64,000 nucleotides of DNA from Thalia democratica. Taxonomy: Eukaryota. Of this stretch, positions 48,356 to 61,618 are shown in pieces. The position numbers and the translations under genes are program-made. The stretch spans positions 22,134,001 to 22,198,000 of the forward strand of contig OZ241829.1 in the NCBI GenBank assembly GCA_965202585.1, read 5' to 3'. The notes under the pieces were generated by a model. The model was not told the DNA's origin. It was given only the letters and a program-made list of their open reading frames with translations, and did not search any database. Position 1 is the stretch's first letter; each line of letters begins with the position of its first letter.

Positions 48356-50076
48356 CATTTAGTCAATATATATTGAAGTTAGGGATTGCCATGTCAAAAA
48401 AGGAACAATTATATATGCTTTAGAAATCATTAAATACTTATTTTTAAACAAAAACAAAACTTAAAGATTATATATTAAAGATAATACTTGAATTTTTAAC
48501 ATTTTAACAATTGCATAAGAATTTTTAAATCCAGCTTGCACGCTGCAGTTTGCTAGGTTTAATGAAAATGCTATTTCAATTTTAAATCTATTTTTACATG
48601 AATACATCAATTTGTATTTGACTTACTTCTAAAGTCATTGCTTATAAAACTTCCAAGAAATAAATTATTTTCAATAAATTTTAGATAATTGTATAAACAA
48701 TTTGTAAAACTGTTAAAAACTATATTTTTAGATTTAAAGAGTTTATCTTTTTGGTTACTGTTAATTTAACATATCATATTTTCATAGGTATTATAAAATG
48801 CATGCCTTTATTCATAGTCCAATTCAAACAAAATCAACTTAAATGCAAAACTAGGAAACAAGGTTTTACATATAAGGGTACAAAATAATTTAACTAGTAG
48901 AAAAATAAACTAAAATTAATATTTGGGTGGAATTTTCAAGTATATTACATAAATGAATTCTAACAAACATACAATTAATTAAATCAAACATTGTTGTAAG
49001 AAATTGAACAAGTAACTGAAAGTTTCCTATGAAAACAATTTTAATAAAAAACATTTTACCTACAATAAAGATAATTATCTTTTGCACATATTAGCAATTT
49101 GGAACAGTTTTCAGTTTTATTAAAAATACTTTATACATTAGTTGAACTTGTCTATTTCAGCTATTGAACACAAGCAACTTATCTTTAAAAACCTAAAAAT
49201 CTGAATTTGAACACAAACAACATTTGTCCATGGAACTGGTTAAGAGAAAGACCTTTCTGTCATTTAGCTATCTAATATCTATTAATAATTTGTTAAGATC
49301 ATATTTTTTCATCTTATTGTATTAAAAGTTAGTCTCCTTTGTTTGTTTTTTTTTAGATTTGTATTGAAAACTACCATAATAAATTGTGTGTATAAATTAA
49401 TGTCACACATATTTTTTAGATTGATATTTCTACTGTTTCCATTGAACAAAGTTGATCTCCATTATATAGTAAAATCTATCATATTTATCATTTTTAATAA
49501 TTTATTTAATTTTATTACATATTTTGAAATATTTCAGCTATTACACTCAATAATAATGGACTGATGTGGCAAAAATGGCTTTTTTCATGAGAGAATTATG
49601 TTTTTTTATTAAAGTTAACAAACTGGCTCTTTTTAAATTTTGTGCTGAGTTGCAAAGAAATAGGTTTGAAAATTAAAACAAATACAGAGTAAAATTTATA
49701 AAACAACAAAAAAACAATATATTTATATAGGTGTTATTCTATTAACTTAAAAGTTTTTACAGTAGAGTTCATAAAAATAATTTTTACTCTTAAAAAAAAA
49801 TTGTATTTTAATAACTTAGTGCTTTTTTTTTAAGTATTTTGTAAATTGTTATTTCTTTATTAATTGATTTGTTTATTTAATATAAGTATTTATTCTAGTA
49901 CTTAAAAGAACTTCATAATTTCCTTTAACATTTTTTTTCTCTATCAACAGTCAACACATCTTCAATTTATGTTTTAGTTTCATTTAACTTTTGTATTAAA
50001 AACAATGGTTAAAGTAATTGTTATATCCAATCATTATATATAACCATAGTTATATTTGCGTTGATAAGCTTTAAAC

Positions 50077-50419
50077 CTGGGGACGGCAAACTGCGGCCCG
50101 CGAAACAATTGCGGCCCTAAAAGCCAAACCTGCGGCCCGCGAGTTACTTTTTAGCCAAAAATCAACTTTTAAAACAACAAAAAGATAAAAAAAATACAAT
50201 AACAACTTACAACTAGGATTTTATTTTAATAAATACTCTTTTAACGTGCAATTTTAATGTTTTTTTTTTATATTTTTGGTTGAACGTATTACTTTTCTAG
50301 TGTTTACTGTAATTATTTTTAAATAACTGCAGCCCTAGAAGACTTTTTTCTAAATGGTGCGGCCCATTTTTTCTGAAAAAAAAAATGGCCCGCGAGTAAT
50401 AGAAGGTTGCCGACCCCTG
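50077..50419. mobile_element. hAT (Charlie-like) MITE
   Basis: TIRs ctggggacggcaaac / ggttgccgacccctg; perfect 8-bp TSD CTTTAAAC (50069-50076, 50420-50427); repeated GCGGCCCGC motifs. Confidence 0.9.
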
Positions 50420-52743
50420 CTTTAAACTAATTTAAACTTTTAAAATTGAAAAATGTTTTTTAAGTAATGAGTATTCAGATTTATTTAATGGTGACTAACG
50501 TATTTCAAGACTAAAAAGAATTAAACCCCTTCTTCTTTTTAATCAAAAAACTTCCTTAATGTATTTGTTAACGTATTCATACAAGAAGAAATCTTTAAAC
50601 TTGCGTCGATAAAGTAGTAGGTTTCATACTTTAATGTCCTAGACTCTAGACCTAGAGTCTGTCAAAATTTACCTATGCTAAATTGGGCTTAACAAAATAA
50701 ACATTCTAATATCAGAAGTAAGTTAATATTACTGAAAACATTTTAACCTTAATACTATAACATTGTTAATTTACAGAGTGTATTTTCAAAATATATTTAG
50801 TTATATATCTTTAGTAAACTCTCTTGATAAATGCATATTTTCTTAATAAGAGAGTATTAATTTTGTTAACTCTTTAAACAGGTATTTTATAATGTGATTA
50901 GAAATTGAGTTAAGAAGAAAAATATTTTAGTTATTAATTTGTTTTCCATGCCTTTATTATTTTTTTGTCAGCTTACTAAATTGTAAACATTTTACTGAAT
51001 AAATTTTAAAACAAAATTTTAATATAGTATTAGTTTTGTTAATTTTTAAATAAATATGTTGAAAGTATATTAAAAAGTAATGTTCAAAGAAAAAAAATTA
51101 TTGGTCTTTTGTTTTAATATTGTTTTAAAACATATTCAGATACATATATTTTTTAATTAGTAAATTGTTTTTAATATTAAGTTCATAAATAAAGCTTATG
51201 AATTATTTGTTTAGGCGGCCATAGTTAATTCTTTTTAGATGAAGTCTAAAACTGAAAAGAATATTTAAAGTAATAATTATTTTTTTATAAGTATTTAATC
51301 TTTGATTCGTAATATGCAGGGTTAACAATAAAAATGGAATCATAGGAAAACCTACAATTTTACAGTTTGAGCTAAAACCCTGAAAAAACCTGGAGTCTGA
51401 GAAATTTTGAAAAATATCTGGAATTAAAAAAAAATTATTAAAAAATAAAGAAACCAATTTTGAACAAGAATTATAAAAAACTTGGAAAAACCTAGAATTT
51501 TTACAGTTTTCATATGATAAGTTTTTAGTTTTAAACAAAATTTACCATATAGGTAAAAAAATTCTCACCATCAAATGTTTTTTTAAACACAATTAACGTA
51601 GCTTTACAGTATTTTTTCAAGGTTGTTATATTGCTTAATAAAGTTTATAATTTTAAACTTAGCTTTAAAGTAAAAATAAACCAAAAAACATGTATCTATA
51701 AAGACTTAAAAGAAATTCAAAAAACATGGAAAAATTTGGCAGTCCTGAATATGTGCTAAAAAATAATTAAGTAGTAATAAAAATTAGTTGTTAATGTTTA
51801 TATGACTTTAAAATAATATTATAAACATGTAAATACATTTATACACTAAATATGACAGCTTAACTTTGGAACCTAGTTAAGTTAAAAAAAAATTAAGTCT
51901 TATTGCTTTTTTGACTACTTGAGGACCTTTTATAAATTTTACAGTTATTATGAATCACTTTAAAAAAATTATGTTTATAAAAAAAAAATTAAATACTAAA
52001 AGGATACAAAATATATTTACTTTAAAAATTAATTTTAAGCTTTCATTAATTTTAATATTAAAAGTAAAAAAGCTATTTTACACCCATTTTATATCACAGT
52101 TTGTTTAATAAGACTATAAAAAAAATACAAAAATATATCATAAAAACAATGATGCTAGGTCAAATATCAGCAGTAGGAAAAATACAGAGTTAAAAATAAT
52201 TACCTTATTTTATATTTAGATTGTAAAACTTATTTAGAAATTTTGCTTTGTTTTTAACTTAAATTCATGATGATTTGATTTGCTTTAATTATTTTTAATC
52301 GTAATTAATTGAAACATTTATGGGTTCAGATAAGTTTGTAAACTTTATAGAAATCAAATTTAACAACTTTATTAAGTCATAAAATTAGTTTAAACTTTTT
52401 TATAAAGTGTTTACTTATAAAGTTACTTTAGTTTAATAATGTTTATCTTTTTAAAGTTTTTTTCTGTTTAATTTAGATTTACTTGTATTTACTTAGTAAC
52501 AAAACACTGTTAAATTTAATTTAAAAGCGCATAAAACGTCGTATATTATTAAGCTAAGTCTTTGTTAGTTTGATGTTATAGTTTTATATTGATTGCAAAC
52601 TTTAAAAACTCATACTATTTTTTTTTTAGATTCCACCGTTGATTTAATATTTACTGAGTTTTTGAAGTTGAAAGCACACATGTCATAGTAATGTTTTGAA
52701 ATAGGCTAAACCAATAACTTTTCAGGTAAATTAAAATTAAGTC

Positions 52744-52926
52744 ATGTCGGATTCCAAGGAAAAGCAGGTTAAATCTTCAAGTTCAGCTTGGTCAAAATTC
52801 GCATACGCAGCAGGAGGATTCGCACTTGGGTACCTTATCGGAAAATTGGAAGCTGTGGAACAGTTACTCAACAAATCTGATAAGCAAGGTGATAAAAAAC
52901 CTGATCAAGAAACCACGGAAGTTTAG
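52744..52926 (+). CDS. Putative 60-aa microprotein with a glycine-zipper hydrophobic helix
   Basis: ATG-to-TAG ORF in otherwise stop-rich AT DNA. Strong acceptor ttttcag at 52719-52725 lies 18 nt before the ATG; AATAAA at 52961 follows the stop. Protein has GFALGYLIG (GxxxGxxxG) flanked by charged tails. Confidence 0.6.
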   Translation: MSDSKEKQVKSSSSAWSKFAYAAGGFALGYLIGKLEAVEQLLNKSDKQGDKKPDQETTEV

Positions 52927-54435
52927 CTACAAAAATATAATCATAAGATTTGTTAGCGACAATAAACTCTAGCACTTTACACAGCTGTTGTCAATATTGT
53001 AATGTATAAATTGATATGTTTTTACAAATATGTTTTTATTAACTTTATTATTTGATACACTAACATTTCACATCTGCGCACAATTCCCACCCGATTAATT
53101 CCCACTTGAATCATTTCCCATCCGATTAATTCCCACTCAAATCATTTCCCACCCGATTAATTCCTACTCGAATCATCTCCAACCCGAAATATTTCCATTT
53201 TATAACCTAAAGGTTCCTTTGTACACCAGGTTTTTGAAAACTTTTTTTATCGTTTAAGAAAAATTATTAATCATTTCCTACCCGAAACAAATTCAACCCA
53301 ATCGTTTCCGTTTCAACTCAAATCAATTCCTGCCTAAATCAATTGCTACCCAAATCAATTCCTTCCTAAACAATTCCCAACCGATCAGTTCCCTTCGGAT
53401 CAATTCCAACCCAGATCAATTTCTACCCGATCGCTTCCCACCTGACCAATTCCCAACTAAATCAATATTCCCAGTCAGTTATCACATTTGAATCAATTTA
53501 TTGTTGTAGGTTTAAAAAATTTTAATGCAAAGAAAGCCTACATTAAATTTGTAGTTTTTATTCTTTATATAAACAATTAAAGAATAAAAATAGTGTTGTA
53601 AAGCACCATTTTTTAAATTTAAGTTTTTGAAAATAAAAATGATATCACCAATAGTTTTTGCGTGTTTTTAGTCTATCGTAGGTTTACTTTGTTGTTTAAC
53701 ACTGTAATTTTAAATAACTACGGCTCGCAGCACAAAATTGGCCTGTTACTTATAAAAGGCTTTTGTGCCCAGTATAATTAAACCCAGACTTTAAACAAAG
53801 CATATTTTAGATTTTTAGTATCGGGACTATATACTATAATGGTAACTGAACTATGTCCAATTAAATCTACTTTTGTACGAGTTGGAACAATTAACACCCA
53901 ATAAAATTTTAATATTTGTAGTTTATTGAAAGAATCATTGAAGATTTTTTTACTTAGACTGTTTATAAAACTGCCACTCTTCGAGACAAAATAACTGTCC
54001 TATGTGACATTAAACTGTCCTCAGTCATCTATATAAATAATAAACATACTATGTAAGTGTTTAAATAAACATTTCAGTACCAATATAAATCTTGTTCTTT
54101 AACAAAATTAGTATTATGATAATAAAAATTTGGATCTAGATTTAAATACTACCTAAGATTTATGTAAAAGTTGTCGAAAATTAAAAAATAAAATGATTAT
54201 TTAGAGATTTTTATAACAAAAGCAAATGTATTGAGTCAGAAAATAATTTACTTCTAAATTTTAACTATTGTTATAGCTTTATTGGTTGTCAAAGAATTTT
54301 AAATACTTGTTTTATTAACATTTACAATTTTGGAATGAAAACAAAAGAAAATCTGCTAAACAAGTAAACATAAGTAAACAACGTTTTTAGTTAACAGAAC
54401 CTTCCTTTTTCGTCTTTTTTTCGGGGTCGCACAGA

Positions 54436-54444
54436 TTCCAGGAA
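54436..54444. promoter_or_regulatory. GAS-type STAT motif TTCCAGGAA ~4.5 kb upstream of the STAT ATG
   Basis: Exact TTCCNGGAA consensus; single site, could be chance. Confidence 0.25.
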
Positions 54445-54642
54445 ACCAAACACAGCTCTGCAGTTGAGTACAGCTTATCGAACGTAAAAGATACAAAAGT
54501 AAATGTAACTAACATTTCTGCTTATTATAAGTTACTTAAAAGATATTTAAAAACAGTTAGACGTTATAAAAGAAAACTCTGTTGATCGAAAAACAGGTTG
54601 TGAATGAACTAATACAAAATTTTTAATTTAAAATACACTTAT

Positions 54643-55796
54643 CTACCAACTAGGTTCGCTCTTTGTACACTGCGCAAAAGTGCGTACCAAACCGGCAGTG
54701 AGTACCTAGGAACTTTTGTTCTTTAATTACTTATGTTTAGCCTAATACAAATATGTTAAAAGTCATTAAAGTTTCAAGTAATTACTAAAGCGGAATCCCA
54801 CAAAACAAAAACTTTCATCATAAAACAGAAGTCATAAGTATTTATTCAGTACAGGATTTCCCAACTTTTTTTCAAAAGGCCGCATCTAAAGAAATTAAAA
54901 AAGCTATGGCCCCTTCCAACAAGAATAATATTAAAACGCTACCATTAAAAACACTAGAGACCTTTTTTATTGCTTTTCATCATCAACTCCAGAATATCTA
55001 GTGTAATTTTCAAATTATGACCTCATTGCCCCTCTGTGGCCCCTTTACTGCTTATGGCCCCCAAGGAGGCCACATGGCCTACTTTTGGAAACTCTGATTT
55101 TTTAAAGTTTCTTAATCTATCTTATATTTTCTTAAACGTTAAAAATTTACATTGCACATATAATTGTTTAGTAATTTTAAACAAATAAAGACTTATCAAA
55201 ACTTTGATCATATTTTTATTAAATTGTTTTTATTCAAAAAAGCTAGTTTAGGGCTATAAAACTTCAATTTTGCTTAACTGTGATTTAGAATATTTTATTT
55301 TTTATTTTTTTTACGTTCATGTTGCAATCATGAGGTAAGTAAATGTAAGCTGCGCTTTTCATTATGCTTTTTATCTAAGTTTTATTTATTCTTTGTGTTA
55401 TAATCATATGATATTTAAATAATGTTAATTGCACTAATATTTTTTTGTTTATCTAAATATTTTTTTACAAATGTCTTAAAGTATTTTTTATTCCTATGTT
55501 TTAATCATGGCGTATGTAAATTTAAATTGATTGTTTGTTATTTTCTTTAAATGAACTGTAATATATTTGTTTTAAACATTTAATCAAATATAAAGTTTGT
55601 GAGCTCATAACCTATTTTTTGGTTCATTTAGTTTTAATATATTAAGACTTTTTACAGTATAACTTCTTTAAAGTGTAATACTATTGTATTACTAATTCTT
55701 ATTTATAATTAATCATGTTGAATATAGCGTTTTTAGGCTAAAAAGTGCGTACCATACTGGCAGTTCGTAGCTAGGAAGTGCGTACCTAGTTGGCAG
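54643..55796. mobile_element. TIR element (~1.15 kb) nested in the foldback element
   Basis: 21-bp TIR ctaccaactaggttcgctctt vs the reverse complement of aagtgcgtacctagttggcag (3 mismatches). A direct subrepeat aaaagtgcgtacca..ggcagt occurs near both ends. Confidence 0.6.
54852..55036. mobile_element. hAT-type MITE, copy of the 2443-2708 family
   Basis: Termini CAGGATTTCCCAAC / TTTTGGAAACTCTG; internal blocks shared with 2443-2708. Confidence 0.72.
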
Positions 55797-58700
55797 GTTA
55801 CTATGTATAGAACTTAAATTAAAAACCAAAATTAATCTTTTTCATAAACTTTAAATAGACAAACATTTAACGGATTAAAATTAATGAGTAAACTACTGAT
55901 TTAATTAAACAGGTAGCATATAAAAATGTTTAAAGTAATTTAATTTGGAATTGATTCGAGTTTGAAAAAATTCGAGTGGAAATTGACTCAGGTGGGAATG
56001 GATTCGATCGGGTGGGAATTGATCGGGTGGGAATTAATTGGTTGGGAGTTTATTCGGGTGGTAATTGATCGGAGGAGGTTTGATTCGGGTTGGATTTGGT
56101 TCAGGTGTGAATTGTGCGGCAGGGAGTTGTGGGCGGGTTGAAACTGAACGGTTCCCGTATTTATTATTGCGTAGTGAAGTTTTATGTTTACTACTTAGTT
56201 CATTGTTAGTCGAACTAGTTATTAGAAGATGTTAGTAAGCTGTTAGACCAGCAGTCTTGTCCTAGACGCATAAAGGTATCTGTGGTGTCCGACACGATAA
56301 TCGAAAGGTTCTTCGTGCACAAGGTTCTACGATCAAAAATTTAGAGCGTCTTTTTATTGTCTAAGAACTATAACAAAGTTAAAACGTTATAAAAGATGAA
56401 ATTAAGTTTACCATAAAACTTTTAGTGATGGTGGCCAAAATAAATACTTGTTAAAATGATTAAGCGAGCATAGACTATAATGTTACAATAAGCCGACAAT
56501 GTCTCAGACGTTGAGTGAACGATTTGGCTGCGCAAATTTTAAGACTTTACAAACGGTTGCTTCAGTGAATATGCACTTAAGCTCGCATGGTTTATATTTC
56601 AACAGCGACTTCTTGTGACTGCCTGCCTGATGAGTTCTAACCGGTCGTAGGCTGTCTCGGATGCTGTTGTTGTTGGTCGTGTGGTAAAGTTTATTGTTTG
56701 TTATTGATGTCGCAAAACATTTCAACTTTGTTGATGATGGCTGAATATATACTGGTTAATCTCAATTCATAAACAACGTATTAAAAAAAAAAAACATTTT
56801 TTTTATTAAATAATTAATTTTACTGAAATATCAATACTACATAGCTTTATATAAAGTTAAAGTTTATACTTATTTTTCATAAAAAGCTTTATCATGTGCA
56901 ATATTTGAACAAGGTTGTATCTACTTACACAACTCTTCACTTTTTTACTATTCTAAAATATTAAAACAAAAAAAAAATTAAGACATAACTAGCTAGAACA
57001 AAGTTTTTCACAGATATTTGTTCAACAAATATAGATATTTGTTCAAAATGTTTTGTATTGCAATAGTTATCATCTATATACAGCAGAAATATTTTTACAC
57101 AGTATACTTAAAAAGTATAAAGAATTGATACTAAGTTTATATTATTTTATAGAAATAACAAAAAGGTAATTAAACGATTAAAGTTAAATTGATAAGAGTG
57201 CTACAATTACTACAATACTAGATACTTTAAATTGTGTATATTTGTCATTTAAAAGGTTTACTCACTTCAGAACTTAGGTAAAAAAGATACAAAAACTTGT
57301 AAACAATGTTTTTTTATATTTTTTAATACAGAACTTATTGACATCTCCTGATAAATCTAGTTTAAAAAAAATAAATAAAACGTCTAAATTATTTTTAAAA
57401 TATACAAAATTTTTCTGAAAATATATCGTCGAAAAAACTAACTGTATTTTTAAATAAATTTGTTTAGAATTAAACTTTAAATAAATTAAAGTTTTACTTG
57501 CTGTATTAATTAAAAAGTTCTAAGTTTGAAGTTTTTCTAAATTTATAGCTTGTGTTCAAGACTTTATAGTGCTACTGCTATTAAAAGTTTCTATTTTCAG
57601 TAAAACAAAACTTTTAACCGCCGAAGGGCGCTGTTGACTTTGAGTAAACAAAGCTGAAAGGCAAATTACAGTAATTTCACATTTCAATTACAACTTTGCA
57701 TTCTGCACTTGCCAATTTGCTGTTTGTTGGCTTTTTTTTATAGTAGTTTGTAGAAATTCGTTGTCAAAGGGATACTTTAAAAAAAATACTTGAAAAAAAT
57801 ATTTTTAAAATATTTTTTTTGGAAACTATTTTTAAAACATTTTTTTGTAAAATATTTTTCGAGTTACAATTAGTGTTAACTAGTTAAAAACCTTTAAAAA
57901 ACCATACATAACAGTAAAAAATAAACAAAATACTACTATAGGCTTCGAATGATTTAAAAGTTTATTATAAACAAACTTTATTATTTTAATTTTAGAGTAA
58001 TTTCACTTTAAATATATTAGTTCAAGTTCAAAATCATAAAAAGAAATAAAAAGTTAGCAAGTATACTAACAAAAGGAAAATTTATAGAATTTTTTTTGTT
58101 ATTTTATTTTTGTGTTTGTTCTAAACATAGATGCAGAAGACACATAAGTTGATTGTTTAGTTTATACAATATTATTTACAAAACTAAATTTTCTTTGACA
58201 GTTTCTAAGTGCTAATTATACAAAATAGTATTTCCTAAAAATACCATGACAACAAATTTTTATAATCCAACATGAATCCAATAACTTTTAAAAAATTGTA
58301 AAAAAAATTGTGCATTATTGAAAGCAAAACTTTTAAAGTTCAATTTTTGTATGTGTTATCATTTCTTTTAACAAATGGTATAACAAAGTATTTTATAAAA
58401 TAACTTTATTATACTTACAAAATCATGGTAGCTGTTGAGAACTTAACTTTAAAATTAGAAAAAAAAATCTTTTCTCAAAAGTGCTGTACAGACACTATAT
58501 TTGATAAAATAACAAATTATTTTCAATAGAAAAATAAATAATTTCTACTAACTAAATAAACCTAGAGAGTTTTTATTTTATTGAGGTCTTTAAAAGTTCT
58601 TAGAAATTAAAGAATTTAAAGAACCTTAATTTTGTAAACTATAATCAAGTTAATCATCCTTAATACTTATGTTTTTGTAAGTAGAGCAAAATTATAATTC

Positions 58701-58963
58701 CAACTACTTAGAACTTTTATCTAGAAATATCTTAAAACAATAATTATACAATTTATAAACTAAAATTTGATTAAGTATTAAATAGTATACTAACGACAAA
58801 ATAATATTTTATAAAGTTTAGCCTTTATAAAGGGAACAGACTGAAAAGAAAACATAGTTTTTTTGATTTTAGATAAATACACAGCAAATAATATTATTTT
58901 TCTAAAAATAAGAACTAAAACTTTTATAGATTTTACTTTTTAGATATTATTTTTTATGTAACA

Positions 58964-61618
58964 ATGTCGCTGTGGGACAAGGTGCGGGAATTAGAGGGAA
59001 ACTCCCTAAGACAAATACAAAGTTTGTACGGACCAAACTTTCCCATCCAGTTCCGACACTACTTCGCCAAACTCATAGAAAACCAGCCTTGGTTGGTTGT
59101 TGTGTTGACGTTCTTGTGTATATAATGAAAACAGTAGTTTTAATGATTGTTTTTTCCGTTTGACATACACAATTTTTAAGCGTGTAGATTAATTTTTTGT
59201 TCTTTGAGAGATTCGCAAACTGTGTGATTAAAATATTTTATAAATATAGTCGAAAACCAGTAGACTTTCTTATACAGACTAAATGTATTTTGACATCAAT
59301 TTAGTTTTTATTTTATTTTATACAAATTAAAAGCAAAACCAGTTGAGCTATACATTTCTTACTGGTTAGATTACCCTTAAAACAAAAGATGAGTAAAAAT
59401 ACTCTTTCTTTTCTGCGATCATAAAGATCCTTCAAAATAAATTAGTTTAAATTAATTAACTTTCTATCACAGGGATCAAATAGATTCTTCAAGTAGTATG
59501 AACAATTTAGTTTAATTTCAAATGTTTATATCAGCAACTAAACAAGATATAACCAACATTTCTCTTATCCAGGGATCAAATAGATCCCGACAACGTGCAA
59601 GGAGACGAGGAGAGCCACGCAAAGTACATCTTGGACCTCTTCCTTAGTGAGATCCACAAGGAGTGCGAGCACTTGACCGACGGCAAGGACTTCCTGCAGA
59701 GGCTCCACCTGTCCGAGATCGCCACTCATTTTAAAGTAAGCTGAACTGTTTAATTAATTTTAATGCAAGTTAAAATGAGACTTGTATGGGAACGATTTTA
59801 ATTTTTTTCAAACTAAGACCTACGTGAAGAACTGTTACTAGTCTCAAAGTAAGATCTGTGTTAGAGGTTCTCATTGTTCCGAGATCGGCATTAATTTTAA
59901 GGTATGTAACAGTATATGAGCGTATTGCTTGATTCAAAGTAAAATTAATACCAGCGTGAAACTTACTTGAAAGTAAGCAAAAACAAGACCTTTTCGAGAT
60001 CGCAACTAGTTTCAAAGTGTGTAAAACTTTGATCTATGTGTGAGTTTATACTCATTTTAAAGTAAGATAGTCTATAACTTTTCCAAAAGATATTTATTGC
60101 AAATCAAGTTGAGCTGAGAATCGTATGCGAGAATAGTTTTAGAGTAAGTTAAATTAAACGTATGTGAAAGACCGCCACTTTTTTTTAAGTAAGTAAAAGT
60201 TTGGTGTATGTGGTATATTGTAATTTAGTAGCTTAATCATTCCTTTAAATTGTGTTGTGTTTCATTTTTCAAAACTTATCATACTTACCTTATGTTAAGT
60301 TAAATATAAACTAATAAATTGTTTGTAAGTTATTTATTAGGCAATGTCACTTACTTTTTTAACATCAAATAGTTAAAACTGAGCCTTTTTAGACTTTCGT
60401 GATACTTTTAAGATTTGTAATAGAACTAATTAAAACAAGATGCATTCTTTAAAAAGAAAACAGTTTCAATTTTTATGAAGGTCAATAGTAATTAATAATC
60501 AATTGAAACATGTAGTTTACTAGGTTATTAAACTTAATTTCAACTATGTTCTATACTTAATCATATGATTTATATGATGTGTGATTATAGATATAAAAAT
60601 ATTCTATAAACGTGTACTTTGTCAAAGAAAATATAATAAGTAGAACTTACTAGTGGTTTTGAAAATTGTAAACGTTTTGTGTAGTCTAATTGTAAATTAA
60701 TATTTCACTTGGTTTTATGTTAATTCTAAAAAAACTGAAAGAAAGTTTCTGAATACTTATATCTTCTTTTACAGACAGTATACGGGTCTGCGCCACTAGA
60801 ACTTGTAAGGATTGCAAAAAAGATTCTTGCAATTGAAAGCAGAATGGTGCAACAGGGAAATAATGTTAGTTTATAGTTTTTATTTTATTTATCTTTTAAT
60901 ATGTTTAATATGATTGCAATTAAAACCAGAACGGTAATTTTTTCATGAACTCTGGTAGAAAAAATTGAGATTCACTTTTAATTTGCTATTATAGTATTAA
61001 TTATGTTTTATACTTATAAAAAAAAGTTTATTTAACTAATTAAGCTTCGATATTTATGAAATAAGTGTCTCAATATGAATAACATAACTTAAACGTTACA
61101 TGTTAAACTACTAAAATTTATACAGTATCTAAACTAAGTTACTTAAAAATTAAGACTTTTATTTTTCAATATTTTTTTAAACAGGAACTAAAATTATTAA
61201 CTCACCTACTTACTAAATAAATGTCTATTTATTAACATAGAAAGATTTAATAACTATATGAACTGTATATCGATCTGATTCTTAAAACAAAACCAGTTCA
61301 ACTGCCACAAAAGCTTGCTCACCAGTAACTTTTTTAAAGATTAAAGTCAAACAAAACCATATGACTAACTTGTGAAAAAACTCATCATTTTATAATGCAG
61401 TTTCAGTGTTGAAATGTACAGCTCTTGTTTATTTTTTCAACAGCAACTGGACCAGTTCAACCCGCAGCAGTCCAGCATGGTGAAGACCTCGCAGAAGATC
61501 TCCCAGGAGCTGGAGCTGCTGATTGGGAAGACGAGGGAGGCGGAGCAGGAGATGAGGAACCTGCAGAGCGAGCAGGAGTACTTCGTGATCAAGTACCAGG
61601 ACCACGCGAGGACGCTGA
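58964..61618 (+). CDS. STAT5: STAT transcription factor (STAT5-like), first 4 coding exons (N-terminal domain and start of coiled coil); gene continues beyond the window
   Basis: Exons: 58964-59091, 59573-59735, 60775-60864, 61444-61618. MSLWDKVRELEGNSLRQIQSLYGPNFPIQFRHYFAKLIENQPW is a STAT N-domain, and EQEYFVIKYQ resembles STAT5 QQEYFIIQYQ. Coding exon sizes 128, 90 and 175 nt match vertebrate STAT5 exons as I recall them. Confidence 0.92.

Larger units (their letters stand above)
53071..56157. mobile_element. Foldback-like element (~3 kb) whose arms are built from ~15-nt tandem subrepeats
   Basis: Left arm 53071-53472 repeats (c/a)aattcccacccga-type units; right arm ~55945-56157 repeats the reverse complement tcgggtgggaatt. 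No transposase ORF seen. Confidence 0.65.

Noticed and set aside
60911-60938. STAT exon 3 echo (att gca att aaa acc aga acg gta) as evidence for silent-site bias
   Set aside because: It is a real echo, but its changes are mostly non-silent; kept as a counter-example rather than support.
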